From positions 124,001-188,000 of IMG/VR virus record IMGVR_UViG_3300017917_002434: 64,000 nucleotides of DNA; one strand, written 5' to 3'. The notes under the pieces were generated by a model. The model ran no database searches and had not been told where the DNA came from. It saw nothing but the letters and a program-made list of their open reading frames with translations. A program made the translations under genes and the position numbers. Below, in pieces: positions 1 to 10,600 of the stretch. The number at the start of each line of letters is the position of its first letter. Position 1 is the first letter of the stretch.

Positions 1-1783
1 TATCTTCCTGATAGTATCTAGTTGTTGCTATACGACACAGTGTATTCTCTTCGTACTCGTCTGGCGGACAAATTTGTGTCACAATAGCTATTATCTCTGG
101 ATCAGTAAGTGGTTGTTCTGCTTGTGTACCTTGACCGCTATTAGTATTTTTTGTAATATCAAGTGTCAACGGTATGCTTCGGGTTCTTACTAAATTTGTA
201 ACATATTTTTTAGATGTAGCTTCTTTTAATTGATCGGGGTCATTAACAGAAAGATAGGTATAACCTTCTTGCGTCTGATCAGGAGCACCTTCTCCCGAAG
301 TGGCAATTCCCTGTAACTTAGGACTGCCGACGAACTCAACATCACCTAATGGTTCAAAAACTAAATTATTCGGATTAGCGGGGTCTCCATCTACATATGG
401 TGTATTACGACCATTGTTAGAAATCCTATTGTCGTCGATAGTTATGTTGTCTGCTGTTAACGCTGTCTGCGATCCAAAACTTATCAGGCCCGGAGCGGCT
501 GTAACTGCTGAAGATAATTCAATTGTCGTACCATTGTTTCTTAAAACTTCAACGCCGCCAATCTTGTAAGCACGGCTAGCAGGAATATCAATGTTCTCGC
601 TGAAGTCCCAATCTTGCTCATCGGCTACTGCTGTCTCTGCTGCGTTCCATATGATAAAATGATCTGTGGTTCCTTTTAATACGATACCACCGCCATAGGC
701 CTGAGCGTCTGTAAGGTTTGTATTGTCGGATTTTTTTCCTAGTTCTATATTTTTATCTTCTACTCTTAGTGTAGAAACATCGACACTGACCATGTTACCT
801 AAGACTGTCAAATCTCCTGTGATTTCAACACTGCCGCCAATAGTGGTTAGGCTTAATGGATTCGACGGTGCTATCTCTATCGTATCATTACCGCTGCTGT
901 TAGGTGTTATAACAAAATAATTTAATAGGTTACCAGATCTAGTCGCTCTAAAAGTAATTTTTCCGTCTTCGGAAGTATTTCTTAAAGTTACATCTCTAAA
1001 GTTTTCAACTGCTAATTGACCTTGAGGACCTGTTCCGAAAAATAAACCTTCATTATTCTGGATGGTTAAAGCTGCTGTTAGAACGTTAGCTAGATCCTTT
1101 CTTACGTATGAAGCTGAATCAACATCTCCTAATCTATCAGCATTATAAGTTGTTCCCTGCCATTTAAATGACGGATCTGCTGGATTAAATCCTATCTTAA
1201 TTAATGTATTAGGAATTGCTTCGCCGTTTTGATTAACAGTGTTATAATCAGATATAGGATTTCTTAAAGTAAATTCTTGAGCACTAAAATATCCCATCAA
1301 TCTTCCGGCATTATAAACACCAGAAATAATTTTATTTCGTCTATCTGAATCTTCTACGGTTTCAATTCTGAATCCGCTGATATTCTGAGATGAACTGTAG
1401 ATAGGAGCAACTAATACATCTTGATTGCCGTCAAAGAAAAATAACTGTGCTGTGGATGTATTGAACCAAAAATCTCCTGTGCTTATATCTAAAGGTCTGG
1501 CTATCGATAACGCAGCAGTACCTACAGATTTCCACTCATTGCCAGAATAAACTTTTATTCTATTTTCAGTAGTATCAAACCATAACTGGCCTAATAACGG
1601 TTGGCTAGGTTCTGCCTGGCCTGCGAAATTTTCTAATAAATGTACAAAATTTTCGTTAAGGTAATCTCCGAAGCCGCTAAAATTTTTACCTATTAAGGTT
1701 AAGTCAGTCGACCCTTGATCTATCTGACCGTCAGCTACGGTAGCAACTATCGATCCGTCTGTTTTGTTTACTGTATAGGCCAT
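1..1783 (-). CDS. Tail fibre / baseplate-associated virion protein, partial (runs off the left edge); missing from the ORF track
   Basis: ATG at 1783. Reads MAYTVNKTDGSIVATVADGQIDQGSTDLTLIGKNFSGFGDYLNENFVHLLENFAGQAEPSQPLLGQLWFD, and the frame is still open at base 1. The N-terminus is paralogous to the 731-aa neighbour (ENFxHLLENFA...GQLWF). Confidence 0.8.
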   Translation of the reverse strand, partial: MAYTVNKTDGSIVATVADGQIDQGSTDLTLIGKNFSGFGDYLNENFVHLLENFAGQAEPSQPLLGQLWFDTTENRIKVYSGNEWKSVGTAALSIARPLDISTGDFWFNTSTAQLFFFDGNQDVLVAPIYSSSQNISGFRIETVEDSDRRNKIISGVYNAGRLMGYFSAQEFTLRNPISDYNTVNQNGEAIPNTLIKIGFNPADPSFKWQGTTYNADRLGDVDSASYVRKDLANVLTAALTIQNNEGLFFGTGPQGQLAVENFRDVTLRNTSEDGKITFRATRSGNLLNYFVITPNSSGNDTIEIAPSNPLSLTTIGGSVEITGDLTVLGNMVSVDVSTLRVEDKNIELGKKSDNTNLTDAQAYGGGIVLKGTTDHFIIWNAAETAVADEQDWDFSENIDIPASRAYKIGGVEVLRNNGTTIELSSAVTAAPGLISFGSQTALTADNITIDDNRISNNGRNTPYVDGDPANPNNLVFEPLGDVEFVGSPKLQGIATSGEGAPDQTQEGYTYLSVNDPDQLKEATSKKYVTNLVRTRSIPLTLDITKNTNSGQGTQAEQPLTDPEIIAIVTQICPPDEYEENTLCRIATTRYYQED

Positions 1784-1795
1784 TAAATCGCTCCA

Positions 1796-3991
1796 TTAAT
1801 CATTTGTAGGTCTACCGCTTCTAATAATATAATTCAATGTAATAAAAGGATTCATTACAGTGAAAGGTTTTCCTGTTTGTGAATCGGCAAAACCTGGTCT
1901 TCTCTTGTTCTCATCACTTACTTTTACTAGACCCGATGATGCCATTGCCTGTGCTCCGTTGGCAACAGTACCGCCCTCTATTCTTATATTAGAGATAGCA
2001 CCCCCCGGTTGATAATCTAAGTTGCCGGTTGGTGTTTCTGTGATAGCATAATATTGAGTAGCTCTAGAGTTAGCACTAGATCTACCATACATATCGTGTT
2101 CGTGATCCGGAACGTTTGCTGTCTGTAATGTGTATTGATCAGCACCGCCTGCTCTACCTAGACTGTTAGCAGCCGAAGTATCTGCTACTCTGTTACCACC
2201 TACTTCTGATAGTGGAGTTTCAGCCGGAGGACTATTATTACCGCCAGGATACGGAACAGTCGTATCTGCGTTCATGTCCTGTTTACCTAAAACAAATCTA
2301 CCTCTTAGATCAGGCACACGGAAAGTAGCACCCTTATCTGATCCTTTGAGGTCTAGGTTAACTGTTCTTCCTAAGTTTTTGTAATTTACATTAGCACCGA
2401 TAACATCAAATAAATCTCTAAATCGATATGCTTCGTATTCCGATCCATCACAGAGTAGATAACCAGTAGGTGCTATAGTTCCAGCATAAGGCAATACTGC
2501 TCCTATCGGAACTCCGGCATCGTCTATAAAGGTCTCTCTGGTCATTTTACGTAGACCCAACGTACTTCTATAAACTAATAACTCGTCAGTGTCTCTGACG
2601 TTACCTAACGCAGTTTTAGTAGAAATAATGTCTGAAGTTAAAGTAGTAACGAACGTTTTCGTTAAGTTACCAGTTCCATTAAACACAACAACGTTACTTG
2701 AAATGTCACCTTCTAATTTAAAATTAGTAGCTGATTGAAGTGATGTTGCTGTTTGAGCATTACCAGCAAGATTACCGCTCAGGTTACCTTTAATAATTGA
2801 CGCATCGATCGTATTAGCATACACTGTACTATATCTGTTAGCAGCGTCACCGATAGTTTCCGATGTAGTAAGAGGCTTAATAGATTTAGAAAATATGTTA
2901 CCGTTTAATACAGAAAGGTCGCCACCGACATTAAGGTTTTTTGCCACCGCCATACCGCCAGCAGTTTGAATAGCACCGTTGCTCAGATTAGACGACTGCT
3001 GTTCGGAAGTATTAATTAATTCTCCAGCTACCTTAACATTACCGCCAACATCCAATGGTTGTTGAGGGTTTGTATTATTAATACCGACCCTATCTTCAAC
3101 TATTTTAACTACAGTAGTTGGAAGACCGGCTGCTCCAGTTCTTGTAGTTTGTAGATCGATAGCAGCACCCGGAGTCGAGTTATAAAGAGTACCATTAGAC
3201 GATCTCACTGACAAATTGATATTGCCGTTAGTACCTACAAATAAACCAGCATCATCTCTAACTGCTAACGTAGCCTGTATAGTCGCAGGCTCATCGCTTC
3301 TAATAAATCTTGATGAAGGAATCTCATCATCGCCCACTAGAAGGTTCTGTGCCGATCTAGAAATACCAACTAATCTCGGTAGTACTATCTCTTCAGAAAT
3401 ATCTGTTCTAGCAGTTACATTTATACCAGCACCGATTTCAGGAAACCCTTGAATAACTACCTTAGGAATAAAATCATCTTTACTAATTATAGATACTGGA
3501 ATATCTCTGGTATAGAATACAATAACTGTACGTTCGATGTTGTCAATATCAAGAATCGTTTCAACTAATGGTCCCGATTTAGTACCTTCACTGAATTGAG
3601 GACCGATCAGAACCCAGTTAGTTCCCGACCATAGGTATAATTGTTGTGTACTCGAGTTAACCCAGAGATCGCCTAAGCTAGCTCCAGTAGGCTCATTAAC
3701 ACCAGTACTAATGTTACTGGTTGTCTTATATTCTATTCCATCATAAACATAAAGTTTATTTTCATCGCTGTTAAACCAAAGTTGTCCTATAACTGATTTA
3801 GACGATTCTGGTGCTACGCTGCTGGCAAAATTTTCTAAAAGATGAATAAAATTTTCAGCGATGATTTTTCCATAACCTGTTTGATTTCGACCAGGAATAG
3901 ATAAGCTAGTCGAAGTGTTTGGAAAATTATCCGGAACTTCTAATGGCTCTGGATGTAATGTGCTGTCGGTAAAAAATACTTTATAGGCCAT
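1796..3991 (-). CDS. Tail fibre protein with phage tail-collar domain (short-fibre, gp12-like C-terminus)
   Basis: GVPIGAVLPYAGTIAPTGYLLCDGSEY...FRVPDLRGRF is the tail-collar motif, and the C-terminus NPFITLNYII is typical of collar-containing fibres. Confidence 0.8.
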   Translation of the reverse strand: MAYKVFFTDSTLHPEPLEVPDNFPNTSTSLSIPGRNQTGYGKIIAENFIHLLENFASSVAPESSKSVIGQLWFNSDENKLYVYDGIEYKTTSNISTGVNEPTGASLGDLWVNSSTQQLYLWSGTNWVLIGPQFSEGTKSGPLVETILDIDNIERTVIVFYTRDIPVSIISKDDFIPKVVIQGFPEIGAGINVTARTDISEEIVLPRLVGISRSAQNLLVGDDEIPSSRFIRSDEPATIQATLAVRDDAGLFVGTNGNINLSVRSSNGTLYNSTPGAAIDLQTTRTGAAGLPTTVVKIVEDRVGINNTNPQQPLDVGGNVKVAGELINTSEQQSSNLSNGAIQTAGGMAVAKNLNVGGDLSVLNGNIFSKSIKPLTTSETIGDAANRYSTVYANTIDASIIKGNLSGNLAGNAQTATSLQSATNFKLEGDISSNVVVFNGTGNLTKTFVTTLTSDIISTKTALGNVRDTDELLVYRSTLGLRKMTRETFIDDAGVPIGAVLPYAGTIAPTGYLLCDGSEYEAYRFRDLFDVIGANVNYKNLGRTVNLDLKGSDKGATFRVPDLRGRFVLGKQDMNADTTVPYPGGNNSPPAETPLSEVGGNRVADTSAANSLGRAGGADQYTLQTANVPDHEHDMYGRSSANSRATQYYAITETPTGNLDYQPGGAISNIRIEGGTVANGAQAMASSGLVKVSDENKRRPGFADSQTGKPFTVMNPFITLNYIIRSGRPTND

Positions 3992-4653
3992 TATTGTACC
4001 TCAGTAAAGCCAGTTAGGCTCTGTATTCTAATGGTATAATCTATCTGTATCAATCGATTTAACGACTTTTGTACAGGATGAAAAATAACATGTGTCAACA
4101 ACTTTCCTGTTCCAGCGGCTCTAAGCCCGAGCTCGTCAAAAACAAAATCTCCGGCCATATCGACAGAGTTATCAAATGCTTCTTGATTTTCTGGCTCGCC
4201 ATAATCTAGTAAACACGACACAACTATATCAGAATATGTAGCACCTGTAACATGTCTAACTTCCATTTTATTTCTAATCGGGTCGTTATTAGTAGCAGAA
4301 TTTTGATCTACAACTTTGCTATATGTTTGTGAATAAAGACTAGAATTAGTTCCGTTGGTGTTAGGAGTTAGGTATGTAATTAATCCGGTTGGATCAACTA
4401 CAGTCCCGCCATTACCAAAAACCATCTCTGAAATCCACCCATTTAGTTGATTAGATAATGATTGTGCCATAGCTACGCTCATATTTTCATAATGGATAGC
4501 GTTTCTTTTATCGATAAACACTTCTCCGTTTTCCGGATCAAATATTTTTATATGCCCTTCTAGATGAAAACCGCCGTTTTCGTCCGGCTTTCTATCCTGA
4601 GGCTGCTGTTGTGTTGGTTGTTCTAACATAGTTTTTGACTCGTCTTTATTCAT
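3991..4653 (-). CDS. Conserved virion / baseplate-associated protein (220 aa)
   Basis: Lies in the baseplate operon with its own TAAATA promoter and a TAATG overlap with the next gene. FGNGG and FDELGL motifs resemble fibre-attachment proteins (inference). Confidence 0.55.
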   Translation of the reverse strand: MNKDESKTMLEQPTQQQPQDRKPDENGGFHLEGHIKIFDPENGEVFIDKRNAIHYENMSVAMAQSLSNQLNGWISEMVFGNGGTVVDPTGLITYLTPNTNGTNSSLYSQTYSKVVDQNSATNNDPIRNKMEVRHVTGATYSDIVVSCLLDYGEPENQEAFDNSVDMAGDFVFDELGLRAAGTGKLLTHVIFHPVQKSLNRLIQIDYTIRIQSLTGFTEVQ

Positions 4654-4659
4654 ATCATG

Positions 4660-4665
4660 TATTTA
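4660..4665 (-). promoter_or_regulatory. T4-like late promoter TAAATA
   Basis: The minus strand reads AATAAATA 7 nt upstream of the ATG at 4653, overlapping the stop codon of the giant gene. Confidence 0.6.
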
Positions 4666-7600
4666 TTATGGTAATTTTGTACTGCTATTTTGTAAGAACT
4701 TTGCTATAGCGGTCTTACTATAGCTGAGGCCCTGACCGGTTGTAGCTGTATCAATTCCTCTATCGTACCATAGTCTGCCCTGTCTACGGATAACAGTAAT
4801 ACGTGTTCCCGCAGGAACCGGAACAGTTAGTCGAATATTTTCACCAATTCCGTCCACTGAAAATTCTGCTTCTACTTCAACGTCTCCTGCTGGACTATAA
4901 GCACCCACAGTAGGATCATAGATCTTAGTACTATCTTTTCTTAATCTGCGTCCTCCTACAAACACTTCTATGTTATCACATCTTCCAAAATTACTTGGAA
5001 TGGTTGCTCTAAACCAATTAGTAATGTCTGTTTTTTCTGGTACAAAAGTCAATGGTCCTACAAATAAAGAAGTACCATCGGAAACAAAATCTTCTTTTGT
5101 CTGTGACTCTTGATAAGGAACATATTCTAAGTATCCTGTATCAACTACTATTGTATTTTTTGGGTATGATTCTTTGATAGCGGTACCGAACATTCCTCTC
5201 TTGATGTTACGCAGAGTATTTCCTGATTTTTCAAAGTATTGAATCTTTTCCCCTTGGATAGTAATTATTCCAGGCTGATCTTTAGATGGGTTAGGCAAAG
5301 TACTAGCATCTACCATCTTAATTTCGTCATCATAATAATTCAATACAGAATCAAGTTTCAGATCAGTTATTCTAAATCTGTTATAATGATTTCTATTCAA
5401 CACATCTTTGAACAGCTCGAAAGATAATGGTTCTTTGTACAACAGATCTCCGAAACTGATAGTTTCAATAATATCAGTTTCATCAGTGTCTTGCCTTAGA
5501 TATACTGTTCTAGGTAATTCAACGTAGAAATCGATGTCAGGAGTTAATCTAATACCATTCTTATAAACCCAAACATATGAAATACCCGGTAATTCCCGCT
5601 GTAGAGAAAAACTTGTTTTTCCTCCAACAAACTCGTCCTTAAGTATATCTAATTCTGTATATCGTTCAAACCAAGTTATACTTAGAGTGTCACCAGTAGA
5701 GAATGGAGTAAATTGCTCTAGTACAATATTAGTATCATTTATAAAATATTGCCTTCCGGAAGAATCTTCGATTCTAATAGTAGATCCCATTGCTATGGGT
5801 TTTATAAACGTAACTGTATTATTTTCTGATGTAAATGTAAAATCTATACCGAATGTTTTTAATTGATCGTCAACAAATACTTTTAAGTCAGTGAAAATAA
5901 CTGAACCCGGTGCTCTAGGAGTATCAACACCAATTTGAACACTGTTGTTTCCGTCATAGATTTTGTAAGTTGTTTCCACAGTACGTAATAGTTGACCGTT
6001 TAACTCAACTATCATATCCCCAGCAGGATCTAAATCTAATCCACTGAAAGTAGGTATAGCATATTCTCGTATCGAATCATCTAATGTGAGTTCTACGTGA
6101 TTAATTTTAACTAGAGGACGATCAGCAGTCGATAATGCTATTAAGATAATTTTAGTACCTAAAGCAGGTGCTACTCCAAATTCTACTAGAGTTTTGTTTT
6201 CAGTGTCAGTCAATTGGTCGCTATTAATGAAACCCACATCAACTGGTTGATTATTGACACTAGCAAACACTGTTACTGTTTCGTCGAAATCAGCTCCGGT
6301 TATAAAATATCGATCATTACCTGTTCCAACAAATTCTCTGTAATCTAAGATTCCTCGACCGCCGGGTCCCATTGTGAAAATTTCTATTACAGAATTAATT
6401 GCCGGTGCTGTGCCAATAAATCTTATAGAATTAGTTTCTGGTAAAATAACAAATTCAGTATCTATAGATTTTTTAAATTTGTCTACATATACTATAACAT
6501 TTGTTTTTTCTATAATTCTCTGACCTACATCAAAAAGGACCGTGGTTCCATCACCTATATAAATTTTAGATTTGATCGGTGAAGATCCGCTTCTAGAAGA
6601 ATGGAACACTTTGATGCTTAAAGATTCAAGAACTTGGCCTGGAATATTTTCTTCAGGTGCCGGCACTTGTTCTGGACTGATTAATCTATCCCCGTCTAAA
6701 ACTATTTCTGCTGCGGTGGTTCCTGTAGCTGTAGCATACGCTGACATTCCTGATAGACTGCCACCAGATATATAAGCATCGATGCTGTTACGTCCACCAA
6801 TAACTAGGCTACCGTCGCTAGTCGACGGTCTGAATATTAATAAATCTCCAGCTTCTAAGTTTGCTGTCTGAGGAATTATTACAGATGCTGTAGAACCATC
6901 ACCGATAAACGTATTCATTATCGCAGTCGCAGGAGGAATTTCTCCAGTGTAAGAACTGTCTCCTAATTGATATTCATCATAGGTTTCAAAATCTAATCTT
7001 ACAGTTTTTCCTGTTAACACTCTCTTAACGTAGACGTTAATGTTTATATTTTGCTTAGGAACTTCTGGCAATGTTACTGAAGTAGTGCTGCCGTCAACTA
7101 GGAAATAGAAATCAGTTTCGTTAACTTCAGAACTATCCCACCCTTCAGTGAACCAAGGCAACGCATCCCACCCTGCTCCTACATCAAATGTAGCACCCTG
7201 TACTATAGTTCCGCCATAATCGATGCCTGTAATTAACTGAGAATAATCAGAAACTACTTCGCTGGTTTCTGATTCATCTACTCTAGTTTTTTCTACTCCA
7301 GCTTGACCAGGTAATGGTTTGTAATACTTGTCTATTCTGTTTAGACTATCCAATATCTCATCATTCTTCTGATATTTGATTATTACTATGCTATTAGCTT
7401 CCGGAGCACTATTAAGGATTAATCGTCCAATTAATTCAGTTTTAGAATTAATAACCTCTTCAGTTACAGTAATAGAATATTGACTAGATAATAATCTAGA
7501 TCCGTTTAAAGTTACTGTAATCGTAGATCTATCAACCGACAGAGGGTACTTTAATCTATAAGTGGTTTGTTTAGCAGAAGCAGTAAATGTTTCTGTTTCT

Positions 7601-10600
7601 TCAAATTTTTCTTTGAAACTATATGATTTAAATTTTGGTTCTTTAGAAATTCTATCGAATTTCATTTTCATATCGAAAGTTCTAACTTTCGAATCACCGA
7701 TGATCGCTACAGCACGAGCAGCATTTTGTAATTCACTACCCACACCACCTACTATCATGACCGTTGGAGCAGAAGTATATCCTCGACCTGGATCGGTGAC
7801 TATAATTTTAGAAATCTTACCTGTTGAAATATAAGCCTGAGCTTGAGCTCCAGTGCCGCCACCGCCTTCGAAAACTATCTTCGGAACTGAAGTATAATTC
7901 TTTCCTGGATTAACTATTTTAATATCAATAACAGAATAATGATTATTATCAACCCACAGCTTCCATGGATATTGTAATAGTTGATTAGAATTAGGAGTTA
8001 TAACATTTATAGAATTAGTTTCTGAATTCCACACCGGAGGCAAATCAAAATCTGTGGTTAATTGATTAGCCGATTCTAAATTAAAATATTTGCTTACAAA
8101 ATTTCTAATTTTAGTTCTATATGGTTTTACTTCTTCTATGTAAGACTGGTAGCTAGAAAGATTGTCATTTTTGTAATTTATTTTTTGTTCGAGATTACCA
8201 ACATTATGAACAGCATTTACAAAACTAGTTTTAAACGCCCAGTCAACATATAATTGTTCTGAAAATACGTATCTTAAACTTACGAAGAAAAGTTTATTCC
8301 ATTCAACAGCCAAATCTTCTTTAAAGATATCTTCTTTGATCGCTGTTAGGATGTTTCTAAACTCTGTGGATGCTGATGTATCATATTTGTTACTATCAAA
8401 TGCTTGGCTGAGATCGTAACCGGTTGATTCGACATCGGTGTTATAAAATCCGTTGATGATTTCGATAGTTCCTAATTTTCTTCCTACTAGTTTATATTTT
8501 CCAGCAATATCAGCTTCTGTGCTATCTACTCTTTCAAGAACTGCCCATCCGCCTACGCCGTAGTTTTCTAGTCGTAGTAAATCTCCTATTGATAAATCTA
8601 CGCCAGCTTCTTCGTACAAACCGGCTATAGTTTTTTTCACCTTAGATTTTTCGTTAAACGGTGGTAACCACCAGTCGACTTTTTTCCAGAATTTTTTAGT
8701 ATCATATGCCTGTGTAGCGGACCTATAAAATTCTTTATTTTTTTCATCTAAAGAATAGATACTCCAGAAATTATTGACTGTAGAATCTGTTTCGACTAAG
8801 ACAGCAAACGGTCTTACGATCAAGCTAGCGGTTAGATATTTTTTACCTTGATTAATAACATCAACTCGAGAAATAGTTCCTCGATTATCTAGAACTGGCT
8901 GTAACTTCGCACCTGTGCCTGATCCTACAATTTTAATGTCAGGTGGTGATTTGTAACCGTACCCGCCATCTAAAACATCTACAGTGTTTATATGACCGTT
9001 AACTATATTTGCTTTCAGCCTAGCTGTTTTAATCTTAGAAGTTGCTATAAATCTTAATTCTTTTTCAGATACTAGAGTTTGATCATATAATTTACTAAAA
9101 GTTGATGGCATTTCATCTTTTAGATTTAGATTTCTGTAATCAATTATTTCAGCAAACGGTTTTTTCTTTAAAACACTATTGATATAATCGATAACTAGAT
9201 TTACGGCTTTGTTTCTATTAATAAACATACTCTGTCTAGGTCTAGATGAGATGCCGTATCTTAGTTTTTCTGGTAATTTTCTATCTGGGACAGATTGTCC
9301 AGCGATGTCTTCACCTATTAAACTATCGATCCATTTGTTTTCTAATTCTTTATTAGGTAAATCTAACGTACCTTCAGCTAATAATTGATATTCGTTATGA
9401 ACTAAATTGATTTCTTTTTCTTCATTATAAAACTGTATATTAACTAAAAATTCATCATCGTCTATAACACTGCTAGTATTAACTAAACTAAATGTATTTT
9501 TCGAAGTTAATACAGCATACGGAATACCAGCAGATGTTGGATTTGAAATATAATTTGCTATTTCATTTACACTTAACAATCTATCTGATGTTTCTGGTAT
9601 TGTAGTTTTATTTTTTACCCAATAATAATATGTTCTACCGATAGGCGAACCAGTGTTTACATCTAAAATAGTTCTTATACTGTAATTTGTGTTGTTACCG
9701 TACAACGCAGTTCCAGAAATTCCTTGTGCGAATGCTTCTGAAGTTCCTGTAATTGAATTCCATTCGCTAGGTGTTAGAGGACTTTCGACCCATTCATAAA
9801 CATCTACACTGCTACCTACGGCCGCTGTTCCCCAATTACCATTTCTAAATGCTAGAGTATTCTGTTCGTACAATGTCCATTTAACTGACGATAGGTCCCA
9901 CCATGTTGTACCAACTTTATCTGATTGCCACGATTGACCCGCATCTGTGGCTGAATTTTCATCGCCGACAGAGTAAATGGCAGGATCAAAAGATGTTTTA
10001 TAATCTATGTATTGATCGGCTACAGATAGTATTTTTCCTTTGTAAGGGTCGATAATATCAATGTCTGCGATTTTAACATTGTTAAATTTATCATAGAAAG
10101 AAAAATTCTTAAGCAGATCAATATTAACTTGATCGTCTTGTTGTTTGATCGTAAACCAAGGTTTAGCACCGGGTATCTTGTCAAACTTCTGTAGTCTACC
10201 AATTCTAATAGCTTCAAAGGCAGGGTCCTCAGATACAAATGATGGAGAACCTACTATTATAGAATTATTAGATACTGATAAACCCCTACCGAAATCTTCA
10301 TCAGTATTCAATCCCTGATCTAAAATTTCCGACAGTACAAAAGATCCAGTGTAATTTGTGTATACATATACCTTGCCTGTTTTTCCTTGACTGTCTCTAA
10401 ATCTTGTTAGGAATCTGTCATAGGCAGTATCTCCACTATCAAATATAGTTGTTTTGTAACTTGCCGCTCCTTCTGCTGAAATCGCTAACGTAATTCCGTC
10501 AGGGGATATAGATAGATTAGAACCAAATCTTTCGCCGGGTTCCATAATTATCCCGTTGAGTTTTTGCTTGAGTACAAAACCGATAGGTGTTTTATCAAAA

